Below, piece by piece: positions 24,774 through 35,520 of a stretch of 64,000 nucleotides of DNA. Under the pieces are notes generated by a model. That model ran no database searches. It saw nothing but the letters and a program-made list of their open reading frames with translations, and was not told the DNA's origin. Numbering within the stretch: position 1 is the stretch's first letter; each line of letters starts with the position of its first letter. Position numbers and translations under genes: made by a program. Source of the DNA: Macrostomum lignano. Lineage: Eukaryota. The stretch spans positions 143,950 through 207,949 of the forward strand of contig NIVC01000102.1 of NCBI GenBank assembly GCA_002269645.1, written 5' to 3'.

Positions 24774-26124
24774 CTTCGGCTGTCCGGAAAGTCGCGAGAA
24801 TGTATTTAAAAAACCAGTCAGAACTATCAAAAAACACGATAACAGCACTAGTTGGCAATGTAATCTCCCCTTGCATTGATTACAGCTTGGCAATGGTCAA
24901 CGAGTCGCTGAACCTCTCTTTTTAAACAATCTTCGTCAAGGCTTCTTGCCCACTGCAACGCAGCTTCTCGAACTTCATTGTGGTCGCTGAATACTCGCCT
25001 GGAGAGATCATTCTTCATCCAACTGAACAAAAAACGGTCGCACAGATTGAAGTCTGGGCTGTAGGGACTCTGAAACACCAGCTGAACTCCACGGGACTCC
25101 ATGTACTGCTGCACAGAACGGGCTACGTGAGGTCGCGCATTGTCCCACTGCCAAAGAACATCCGACAGGTGAATTGGCTTTGACCTCAGAGTACGCCATA
25201 GGTCTCCCGTGTGCCGAATGAATTCAACTATGCCATCTGCATCAACAGTTTGCTTCGGGGCTGTGGATTTAATGGAGAAGCGCTTGCTTGGAGTGAAAGC
25301 AACCAGAAGCATTGTCTTTGCATTCCCGACCGAGTGCCTGACAACCTGGGGCCGATGATCTCCTTGGCCAAGCCAGCACCTGTTGTTTTGCTTTGTGCCA
25401 GTGTTGTTCAGGTACACCCACGTCTCATCTTCCACCACGTACTTGTCGCAAAAGTTTTCCACCCCCTCGTTGTAAAAAAGCCTGCGGATTTGCTTGGCAC
25501 AATTGATGCGAGCAGTCTTGTTCTCCTCGGATAGAGCATGAGGAACCCAGACGGCAGAAACGTTTCGAAGGTGCAAATCCTCGGTCAAAATTTCGTGCAC
25601 TGTTGTTTTACCAACTTCCAAAAAGTCGGCGAGGTCTCGGACACTAACTTTTGAATCCTCTTCAACGAGAGCTCGGCAGGTTTCGATCAGTTCCGTTGTC
25701 CTTGTTGACCGTGGCCGGCCAGTCCGAGGAGCTGAGGCCAGGGGAAATGCTTCATCACGGAACTTTGAGTACCATCTGTAAACCGTTGACTGACCTGGTG
25801 CGGCATCTCCATAAACTTTAAGTAGTTCGTCATAACAACTAATAGCAGAGATTCCAAGACGGTATCTAGCGTTGGCATAAGCCTGGAAATCTTCCATTTT
25901 GACGAACTCGCTATTAAATTTTTCAAGCTTGATCACCGCGTTGCATTGGTTATTGAGCACTTTATGCTGAGCTCGCCCCTGCCCCAATTTTGCTGCTAGA
26001 ATAACAAAAATTTTCACCATAGACATATATAAGTCTATTATTGAAATTTTATGTGTGCCATGTCATCAGCTTGCTGCTTTCTTGCTTGACTGACACATTC
26101 TCACGACTTTCCGGACAGGCGAAG
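24774..26124 (-). mobile_element. Full-length mariner DNA transposon, copy 1 (1351 bp)
   Basis: 30-bp TIRs CTTCG(G/C)CTGTCCGGAAAGTCG(C/T)GAGAATGT; TA target duplications at 24772-24773 and 26125-26126. Confidence 0.95.
24848..26026 (-). CDS. Mariner DD34D transposase (probable start at Met44, position 25897, 349 aa)
   Basis: HTH N-terminus, WVPHAL, EDETW, WDNARPH and YSPDFNLCD, with 34 residues between the second and third Asp; uninterrupted ORF. Confidence 0.95.
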   Translation of the reverse strand: MSMVKIFVILAAKLGQGRAQHKVLNNQCNAVIKLEKFNSEFVKMEDFQAYANARYRLGISAISCYDELLKVYGDAAPGQSTVYRWYSKFRDEAFPLASAPRTGRPRSTRTTELIETCRALVEEDSKVSVRDLADFLEVGKTTVHEILTEDLHLRNVSAVWVPHALSEENKTARINCAKQIRRLFYNEGVENFCDKYVVEDETWVYLNNTGTKQNNRCWLGQGDHRPQVVRHSVGNAKTMLLVAFTPSKRFSIKSTAPKQTVDADGIVEFIRHTGDLWRTLRSKPIHLSDVLWQWDNARPHVARSVQQYMESRGVQLVFQSPYSPDFNLCDRFLFSWMKNDLSRRVFSDHNEVREAALQWARSLDEDCLKREVQRLVDHCQAVINARGDYIAN

Positions 26125-26482
26125 TATTTCTTTTTTTATGAGGCAAACAAACCCCAAAAGCAGACTCCCAATTAGCAAGACATCAGCTTTAGCTTATAGC
26201 AATTATGATGTAATCATATATTATGTTACAGAATTTATAATCTTTTAGTAAACCAACATTTCAGGAGTAACGACAAGGACTCGTGAGCACCACGGGCGGA
26301 CGCGGCGGCAGAGGCGGCTGGAAGAAAAAAATGGACAAAAAATTTTCTGTTAAAAATAACAAATAAAATAATAATTAATTTCTCTTTGACAAAACTACTA
26401 TAAACTGGCAGATAGGGTCGTTTTGCGAAGGTCCGTCGGGCTGATGTCGGCCTCTAGCACCGACGCGGCAAGGTGCTCCCTC

Positions 26483-26728
26483 GGGGTGTACCACCTCCCC
26501 GGGGTGTACCTCCAGCGGGGTGGGCGTCCAGTGAGTGTACCTCCAGCGGGGTCCAGGTGTACCTCCAGCGGGGTGGGCCTCCAGCAAGTGTACATCCGGC
26601 AGGGTGGGCGTCCAGCGAGTGTACCTCCAGCAGGGTGGGCCTCCAGCGAGTGTACCTCCAGCGGGGTGGGCCTCCAGCGAGTGTACATCCAGCAGGGTGG
26701 GCCTCCAGCGAGTGTACATCCGGCGAGG
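26483..26728. repeat. 31-bp tandem repeat (GTGTACCTCCAGCGGGGTGGGCCTCCAGCGA), copy 1
   Basis: GTGTAC recurs at 26588, 26619, 26650 and 26681. Confidence 0.9.
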
Positions 26729-26942
26729 GATTCCCGCCCCTCCCACCAATGTCGTGTGCACGCGGTTAGTGTTGGGGGAACCCAGATGCTGACGCAGCCC
26801 TGTAAAGTGAGCCTAGGTGAGTGTGGTCATGCGATTTGGTCATTCGAGCAACTGTGCATTTGTGAAGTACAGGCGACTTGTCATTTTTTGGCTGCCTGCG
26901 TGAGCTCAATTTTTTTAGCTCTAAGATTTTTCATCTGGCGCC

Positions 26943-27212
26943 ATGTCTGATCTCGACCGGTTAACAGTAGCCCAACTGCGAGCGGCCCTAAGAGACAATG
27001 GCCTACCGGTTTCGGGAAACAAGCAAGAGCTTATTGAGCGGCTTCAAGCTGCTCCACCACAGCCAGGCGACGCCGAAGTCCCAGATGATGCAGAAGGGGA
27101 CGAAGCAGATGCTGCGATGAATCAGCTGCTGAGCGGGGAAGAATCGGATAATGTTGACACCGCCAACATCGCCCAAGTGAGCCGACTTGACAGCGAAATT
27201 ATCAAGATTTAA
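26943..27212 (+). CDS. SAP-domain mini-protein (89 aa) or truncated SAP-domain gene, copy 1
   Basis: LTVAQLRAALRDNGLPVSGNKQELIERL fits the SAP consensus; followed by an acidic tail; ATG in a GCGCCATG context. Expression unknown. Confidence 0.65.
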   Translation: MSDLDRLTVAQLRAALRDNGLPVSGNKQELIERLQAAPPQPGDAEVPDDAEGDEADAAMNQLLSGEESDNVDTANIAQVSRLDSEIIKI

Positions 27213-27316
27213 ATCTGTTGCTCCCGTCAGATGAGGAATCTGTTACATCAGAAGACCTGAAAAATCTTAGCCTCGTCTGAGGAATGTAAGACCTGGAGGA
27301 AACTGAACCCTACAAA

Positions 27317-28035
27317 AGGAATCTGACCCCCCACATGAGGAATCTGAACCCCCAACCTGAGGAATCTGAACCCAACTTGAGGAATCTGAACCCAACTTGA
27401 GGAATCTGAACCCCAACCTGAGGAATCTGAACCCCCAACCAGAGGAATCTGAACCCTACCTGAGGAATCTGAACCCCCAATCTGAGGAATCTGAACCCCA
27501 ATCTGAGGAATCTGAACCCCCAATCTGAGGAATCTGAACCCCCAACCTGAGGAATCTGAACCCAACTTGAGGAATCTGAACCCCAACCTGAGGAATCTGA
27601 ACCCTCAACCAGAGGAATCTGAACCCCAACCTGAGGAATCTGAACCCCCAACCAGAGGAATCTGAACCCTACCTGAGGAATCTAAACCCCCAATCTGAGG
27701 AATCTGAACCCCCAACAAGAGGAATCTGAACCCCCAACCAGAGGAATCTGAACCCCCAATCTGAGGAATCTGAACCCTACCTGAGGAATCTGAACCCCCA
27801 ACCAGAGGAATCTGAACCCCCAACCAGAGGAATCTGAACCCCCAATCTGAGGAATCTGAACCCCCAATCTGAGGAATCTGAACCCCCAATCTGAGGAATC
27901 TGAACCCCCAATCTGAGGAATCTGAACCCCCAATCTGAGGAATCTGAACCCCCAATCTGAGGAATCTGAACCCCCAATCTGAGGAATCTGAACCCCCAAT
28001 CTGAGGAATCTGAACCCCCAATCTGAGGAATCTGA
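27317..28035. repeat. 21-22 bp satellite (TGAGGAATCTGAACCCCCAATC), copy 1
   Basis: About 33 copies read directly. Confidence 0.95.
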
Positions 28036-28390
28036 ATTAGCACTCGGCCCAGATTAGTGTATGCCTTAGGTATTGCCTACTAGCTCTATGAAAGTATGAA
28101 GTTGCTAAGCTGCTAAATTTAATAAGACTGAATTGGGAAAAAACTGCCGATATGTATCAAAAATTGATTAGTGAACTGTAATAAATGCTGAGAAAAAAAG
28201 ATTCTTGAAGGGATCCTTTATTTCAGTTTGCTAAATATACTGAGGAGCCCGCCGAGAGGAGAACTGCAGACTGCTGAGGGGAACTGCAGATTGGCGAAAG
28301 GATCATTCATGCAGACTGCAAAGGGGACAAACTGAAAACTGCTTAGGTAGTTCTTTCAGACTTAATTAAGTTCTAGGCTGCTGAGGATAG

Positions 28391-29160
28391 TGGCGCCGCC
28401 GCGTCATCAACTGCCGCACCATTACGCCGCTGGCTCTGCGGTCCGACCATCGGCTGCTCATCTGCGACCTTCGGCTTCGGGACCCGCTCTACCGTCCGCC
28501 AAAGCGGCCACCGCGGCGCTACTACCGCGCGCTAAGGGACGCCGAGACGCGACGTCGCTTTGCCGGTGCCTTTGTCACTGCGCTGGGCGACAAGCGTGGA
28601 GGAGCCGAGTACGCGGAGGTGAGCGCTGCAGTTCGAGCCGCTGCGGAGCAAGCAGTCCCGCTGATGCGACCGGCCCAGCGCGGGCAGCCGGTCTGGCAGG
28701 ACGACCCCGCGATCGACGAAGCGAGGGAAGATCTGGAGAGGCTCCGTCTGAGTGGGCGGCAAACTCGCGAGGCGGAGGAGGCTCTGGCGGCTGTCTACCT
28801 GCAGCGGCAGCAGTCCGCTGTCGATGACGCCATCCAAGCCGTCTCTGCCGCAGGGCCCGATGCCAGAGGGCGCGTGGCCTGGTCCGTCATCAACACTCTA
28901 ACGGGGCGAAAGCGGCGCATCGCGCTCAACCTGGCAGGCGACACTCCGGATGAGCGCAGGAACAAGCTGCGCGAGTTCTTCGCCGCCATTGTCAACGCGC
29001 CGCCCCCTCCGCTTCCAGAAAATCTGAGGCTGCCGCCGGAGACGCCGTTGCCGGCGGAGGAGAGCTTCAACGTTGCCCCAGTCAGCACAGCCGACGTTGT
29101 GAAGTTCGCTCGGCAGTCGCCGGGCGGCAAAGCGCTTGGTCCGGACGAGGTGCCCATCGA
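28391..29160 (+). mobile_element. Non-LTR retrotransposon (LINE) ORF fragment, copy 1
   Basis: Open frame from WRRRVINCRT through SDHRLL (end of AP endonuclease) and the linker to KALGPDEVP (start of the RT region); truncated on both sides. Confidence 0.8.
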
Positions 29161-31131
29161 CATCGACACCGACACCGACACCGATAGGGGATAAAGTTGC
29201 GGGTTGGCAGGCGGTGGATCCGAGGGATGCCAAATGCAAGATGCCATTTAAATGAGGCCGTTCCTCTACCTCAGGTAAGTGCAAATTAGCTGAATTAGCA
29301 AAGCAGCTGCTATAAAAAATTTTTATGTCCAACAAAAGAATCGTCGTGTACACCATGAAATTATTTGTCATGTCAATCATAGAAAATCGCCATTTCCAGT
29401 TGACTCTGCTGTGATTGGAATACAATCGTACCAAGAGTGTCCAACTTAAGAAGTTTCTACTCATTGGTCTAGTATATTGTAGAGAATAAACATCATACAT
29501 GTGCATTATATAGCGGCAGTATCTGAAATAAATATTTTGTAAATTCTGCATTGTCAAATATGTTCCGCTATATCACAGTCAAAACGAAACAGCATTTGCA
29601 CACCTTTTTGTAGCTATAAATCAGTTTAAACAGAGATATAAAAACAGACAGTATCAGGAAAAGTCCATCAGTCTTCAGGCCTTCAAGAGGCGACCGCAAC
29701 CTCGACCTAATCGTATTGATTTTATTTGCAAAAAAATATCAGCTCATCACTGTCATCAGTTTGTGAAACTTTCGCAGCGTGCTGTCGAAGTACAGGATCG
29801 CCAGTCGCAGCATTCAGAGGCAGCATTCAGCACGACCCAACAGATGAAAAAAAAAACTGGCGAATGCGCCTCTTCAAGGTCCAGGATGTATCCGATGGCA
29901 GAGTGCAGCCAAGTCGACCGCTGGAAGCTGCGCCAGTCACGCTTCCACAGTCCATGGATGCACGACAGTGCTGTACTTGCCTTAACCATCGAGAGTTGCC
30001 GCTGCAGCCGCTTGATCGTTGCCTCCCACGCTTGGAATCCGCAAATCAGCTGCAGAGGTGAGAGCTCTCAGCCGCAACACCTGCTCTCGGCGCAGAACCT
30101 GGTAGCTGAAGGTTGCTCTGCCACAGCACTGGCAGCAGGCAAGTCGCAGGCTCGGCTGCAGATAGATCTTTAATTGGCTCCAGCACTGGGGGCTACATGT
30201 CGTCCGCCTCTTCATCAGTTCTCTGCACAGATTGTAGTGGGTCTATTCGAACGAGCTGAGGCAGCATCAGCTCTTGATGCGGGATGGCGTCCCAGCAAAG
30301 GCGGATGTTTTGTCCGTAGCGCTTTGTTTTAGGAGGCCTCGTCCGTAAAGTGCAAGCTCACACATGTAGGCCCCGTAATTTAATTTTTAGGGTCAATATC
30401 CGGTTCCAGTAGGCAGTAGCTGCTACCAGCGCTTCGCCAGTGTCATCTTTCGGTAATTTGCGCATTCGCAACGGATTTCCTTTCTCGGATGCTGATAGCA
30501 CATAGTACAGAGCTCGTGCAAGTGGTAGCACGCAGCAGTGGTTCGAATGACCGAATCAAAAGACATTTCTACGAGTACAAGATAGAAAAGCCAGTAACGC
30601 GCTAACTTTCATCAACTCTGACTCCTGTCCTGTTTATCCTGTTTATTAGGCTTGTACTTAAAGCACGATTTTTTAGAGGCAGGGGGTTGTGTGCACCTTG
30701 GCGCACTTTAAGCGTCATTGGCACACAACCGGCGAGAGGCATTACTGCCCATTCCGCCGACTCCCGCCACCGCCGCCGACATCTCCGCCACCGCCGCCGA
30801 CATCCCCGCCGCCGCCGCCGCCGCTGACGCAGAAGGAGAAGCGACGCCTGCAAACGCAGCCGGCGAGGGAGGCCCGGGCTGCCAAGCGGAAGCGCAAGGT
30901 AAACCCGCAACTTAAATACGCGCTGTGCAACTACGAGTTGTTTTCTGGCATTCTCGCAGGTCTCTGGGGGAGGGGGGGGGGGCAACGCGTGCCTTGCGTA
31001 AAGTCCATACTTGTCAGTCTCTCCGATTGGCTCAGGGTACCGGACTTTCGAAAAAAAACGCAAAATACAAACCCATTGGTCATTATGAGTGATTCAACCC
31101 GGCACCTTGAAACTGACATATTCAGTTTGTA

Positions 31132-32482
31132 CTTCGGCTGTCCGGAAAGTCGCGAGAATGTATTTAAAAAACCAGTCAGAACTATCAAAAAACACGATAA
31201 CAGCACTAGTTGGCAATGTAATCTCCCCTTGCATTGATTACAGCTTGGCAATGGTCAACGAGTCGCTGAACCTCTCTTTTTAAACAATCTTCGTCAAGGC
31301 TTCTTGCCCACTGCAACGCAGCTTCTCGAACTTCATTGTGGTCGCTGAATACTCGCCTGGAGAGATCATTCTTCATCCAACTGAACAAAAAACGGTCGCA
31401 CAGATTGAAGTCTGGGCTGTAGGGACTCTGAAACACCAGCTGAACTCCACGGGACTCCATGTACTGCTGCACAGAACGGGCTACGTGAGGTCGCGCATTG
31501 TCCCACTGCCAAAGAACATCCGACAGGTGAATTGGCTTTGACCTCAGAGTACGCCATAGGTCTCCCGTGTGCCGAATGAATTCAACTATGCCATCTGCAT
31601 CAACAGTTTGCTTCGGGGCTGTGGATTTAATGGAGAAGCGCTTGCTTGGAGTGAAAGCAACCAGAAGCATTGTCTTTGCATTCCCGACCGAGTGCCTGAC
31701 AACCTGGGGCCGATGATCTCCTTGGCCAAGCCAGCACCTGTTGTTTTGCTTTGTGCCAGTGTTGTTCAGGTACACCCACGTCTCATCTTCCACCACGTAC
31801 TTGTCGCAAAAGTTTTCCACCCCCTCGTTGTAAAAAAGCCTGCGGATTTGCTTGGCACAATTGATGCGAGCAGTCTTGTTCTCCTCGGATAGAGCATGAG
31901 GAACCCAGACGGCAGAAACGTTTCGAAGGTGCAAATCCTCGGTCAAAATTTCGTGCACTGTTGTTTTACCAACTTCCAAAAAGTCGGCGAGGTCTCGGAC
32001 ACTAACTTTTGAATCCTCTTCAACGAGAGCTCGGCAGGTTTCGATCAGTTCCGTTGTCCTTGTTGACCGTGGCCGGCCAGTCCGAGGAGCTGAGGCCAGG
32101 GGAAATGCTTCATCACGGAACTTTGAGTACCATCTGTAAACCGTTGACTGACCTGGTGCGGCATCTCCATAAACTTTAAGTAGTTCGTCATAACAACTAA
32201 TAGCAGAGATTCCAAGACGGTATCTAGCGTTGGCATAAGCCTGGAAATCTTCCATTTTGACGAACTCGCTATTAAATTTTTCAAGCTTGATCACCGCGTT
32301 GCATTGGTTATTGAGCACTTTATGCTGAGCTCGCCCCTGCCCCAATTTTGCTGCTAGAATAACAAAAATTTTCACCATAGACATATATAAGTCTATTATT
32401 GAAATTTTATGTGTGCCATGTCATCAGCTTGCTGCTTTCTTGCTTGACTGACACATTCTCACGACTTTCCGGACAGGCGAAG
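31132..32482 (-). mobile_element. Full-length mariner DNA transposon, copy 2
   Basis: Same TIRs and TA flanks as copy 1, because it is part of the duplicated segment. Confidence 0.95.
31206..32384 (-). CDS. Mariner DD34D transposase, copy 2
   Basis: Translation identical to 24848-26026. Confidence 0.95.
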   Translation of the reverse strand: MSMVKIFVILAAKLGQGRAQHKVLNNQCNAVIKLEKFNSEFVKMEDFQAYANARYRLGISAISCYDELLKVYGDAAPGQSTVYRWYSKFRDEAFPLASAPRTGRPRSTRTTELIETCRALVEEDSKVSVRDLADFLEVGKTTVHEILTEDLHLRNVSAVWVPHALSEENKTARINCAKQIRRLFYNEGVENFCDKYVVEDETWVYLNNTGTKQNNRCWLGQGDHRPQVVRHSVGNAKTMLLVAFTPSKRFSIKSTAPKQTVDADGIVEFIRHTGDLWRTLRSKPIHLSDVLWQWDNARPHVARSVQQYMESRGVQLVFQSPYSPDFNLCDRFLFSWMKNDLSRRVFSDHNEVREAALQWARSLDEDCLKREVQRLVDHCQAVINARGDYIAN

Positions 32483-32840
32483 TATTTCTTTTTTTATGAG
32501 GCAAACAAACCCCAAAAGCAGACTCCCAATTAGCAAGACATCAGCTTTAGCTTATAGCAATTATGATGTAATCATATATTATGTTACAGAATTTATAATC
32601 TTTTAGTAAACCAACATTTCAGGAGTAACGACAAGGACTCGTGAGCACCACGGGCGGACGCGGCGGCAGAGGCGGCTGGAAGAAAAAAATGGACAAAAAA
32701 TTTTCTGTTAAAAATAACAAATAAAATAATAATTAATTTCTCTTTGACAAAACTACTATAAACTGGCAGATAGGGTCGTTTTGCGAAGGTCCGTCGGGCT
32801 GATGTCGGCCTCTAGCACCGACGCGGCAAGGTGCTCCCTC

Positions 32841-33087
32841 GGGGTGTACCACCTCCCCCGGGGTGTACCTCCAGCGGGGTGGGCGTCCAGTGAGTGTACC
32901 TCCAGCGGGGTCCAGGTGTACCTCCAGCGGGGTGGGCCTCCAGCAAGTGTACATCCGGCAGGGTGGGCGTCCAGCGAGTGTACCTCCAGCAGGGTGGGCC
33001 TCCAGCGAGTGTACCTCCAGCGGGGTGGGCCTCCAGCGAGTGTACATCCAGCAGGGTGGGCCTCCAGCGAGTGTACATCCGGCGAGG
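32841..33087. repeat. 31-bp tandem repeat, copy 2
   Basis: Duplicate of 26483-26728. Confidence 0.9.
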
Positions 33088-33301
33088 GATTCCCGCCCCT
33101 CCCACCAATGTCGTGTGCACGCGGTTAGTGTTGGGGGAACCCAGATGCTGACGCAGCCCTGTAAAGTGAGCCTAGGTGAGTGTGGTCATGCGATTTGGTC
33201 ATTCGAGCAACTGTGCATTTGTGAAGTACAGGCGACTTGTCATTTTTTGGCTGCCTGCGTGAGCTCAATTTTTTTAGCTCTAAGATTTTTCATCTGGCGC
33301 C

Positions 33302-33571
33302 ATGTCTGATCTCGACCGGTTAACAGTAGCCCAACTGCGAGCGGCCCTAAGAGACAATGGCCTACCGGTTTCGGGAAACAAGCAAGAGCTTATTGAGCGG
33401 CTTCAAGCTGCTCCACCACAGCCAGGCGACGCCGAAGTCCCAGATGATGCAGAAGGGGACGAAGCAGATGCTGCGATGAATCAGCTGCTGAGCGGGGAAG
33501 AATCGGATAATGTTGACACCGCCAACATCGCCCAAGTGAGCCGACTTGACAGCGAAATTATCAAGATTTAA
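33302..33571 (+). CDS. SAP-domain mini-protein, copy 2
   Basis: Identical to 26943-27212. Confidence 0.65.
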   Translation: MSDLDRLTVAQLRAALRDNGLPVSGNKQELIERLQAAPPQPGDAEVPDDAEGDEADAAMNQLLSGEESDNVDTANIAQVSRLDSEIIKI

Positions 33572-33675
33572 ATCTGTTGCTCCCGTCAGATGAGGAATCT
33601 GTTACATCAGAAGACCTGAAAAATCTTAGCCTCGTCTGAGGAATGTAAGACCTGGAGGAAACTGAACCCTACAAA

Positions 33676-34395
33676 AGGAATCTGACCCCCCACATGAGGA
33701 ATCTGAACCCCCAACCTGAGGAATCTGAACCCAACTTGAGGAATCTGAACCCAACTTGAGGAATCTGAACCCCAACCTGAGGAATCTGAACCCCCAACCA
33801 GAGGAATCTGAACCCTACCTGAGGAATCTGAACCCCCAATCTGAGGAATCTGAACCCCCAATCTGAGGAATCTGAACCCCCAATCTGAGGAATCTGAACC
33901 CCCAACCTGAGGAATCTGAACCCAACTTGAGGAATCTGAACCCCAACCTGAGGAATCTGAACCCTCAACCAGAGGAATCTGAACCCCAACCTGAGGAATC
34001 TGAACCCCCAACCAGAGGAATCTGAACCCTACCTGAGGAATCTAAACCCCCAATCTGAGGAATCTGAACCCCCAACAAGAGGAATCTGAACCCCCAACCA
34101 GAGGAATCTGAACCCCCAATCTGAGGAATCTGAACCCTACCTGAGGAATCTGAACCCCCAACCAGAGGAATCTGAACCCCCAACCAGAGGAATCTGAACC
34201 CCCAATCTGAGGAATCTGAACCCCCAATCTGAGGAATCTGAACCCCCAATCTGAGGAATCTGAACCCCCAATCTGAGGAATCTGAACCCCCAATCTGAGG
34301 AATCTGAACCCCCAATCTGAGGAATCTGAACCCCCAATCTGAGGAATCTGAACCCCCAATCTGAGGAATCTGAACCCCCAATCTGAGGAATCTGA
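33676..34395. repeat. 21-22 bp satellite, copy 2
   Basis: Duplicate of 27317-28035. Confidence 0.95.
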
Positions 34396-34750
34396 ATTAG
34401 CACTCGGCCCAGATTAGTGTATGCCTTAGGTATTGCCTACTAGCTCTATGAAAGTATGAAGTTGCTAAGCTGCTAAATTTAATAAGACTGAATTGGGAAA
34501 AAACTGCCGATATGTATCAAAAATTGATTAGTGAACTGTAATAAATGCTGAGAAAAAAAGATTCTTGAAGGGATCCTTTATTTCAGTTTGCTAAATATAC
34601 TGAGGAGCCCGCCGAGAGGAGAACTGCAGACTGCTGAGGGGAACTGCAGATTGGCGAAAGGATCATTCATGCAGACTGCAAAGGGGACAAACTGAAAACT
34701 GCTTAGGTAGTTCTTTCAGACTTAATTAAGTTCTAGGCTGCTGAGGATAG

Positions 34751-35520
34751 TGGCGCCGCCGCGTCATCAACTGCCGCACCATTACGCCGCTGGCTCTGCG
34801 GTCCGACCATCGGCTGCTCATCTGCGACCTTCGGCTTCGGGACCCGCTCTACCGTCCGCCAAAGCGGCCACCGCGGCGCTACTACCGCGCGCTAAGGGAC
34901 GCCGAGACGCGACGTCGCTTTGCCGGTGCCTTTGTCACTGCGCTGGGCGACAAGCGTGGAGGAGCCGAGTACGCGGAGGTGAGCGCTGCAGTTCGAGCCG
35001 CTGCGGAGCAAGCAGTCCCGCTGATGCGACCGGCCCAGCGCGGGCAGCCGGTCTGGCAGGACGACCCCGCGATCGACGAAGCGAGGGAAGATCTGGAGAG
35101 GCTCCGTCTGAGTGGGCGGCAAACTCGCGAGGCGGAGGAGGCTCTGGCGGCTGTCTACCTGCAGCGGCAGCAGTCCGCTGTCGATGACGCCATCCAAGCC
35201 GTCTCTGCCGCAGGGCCCGATGCCAGAGGGCGCGTGGCCTGGTCCGTCATCAACACTCTAACGGGGCGAAAGCGGCGCATCGCGCTCAACCTGGCAGGCG
35301 ACACTCCGGATGAGCGCAGGAACAAGCTGCGCGAGTTCTTCGCCGCCATTGTCAACGCGCCGCCCCCTCCGCTTCCAGAAAATCTGAGGCTGCCGCCGGA
35401 GACGCCGTTGCCGGCGGAGGAGAGCTTCAACGTTGCCCCAGTCAGCACAGCCGACGTTGTGAAGTTCGCTCGGCAGTCGCCGGGCGGCAAAGCGCTTGGT
35501 CCGGACGAGGTGCCCATCGA
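34751..35520 (+). mobile_element. LINE ORF fragment, copy 2
   Basis: Duplicate of 28391-29160. Confidence 0.8.

Noticed and set aside
26934-26942. TGGCGCC before the SAP ORF as a tRNA-Lys PBS
   Set aside because: The match is too short and no LTR pair or downstream gag/pol was found.
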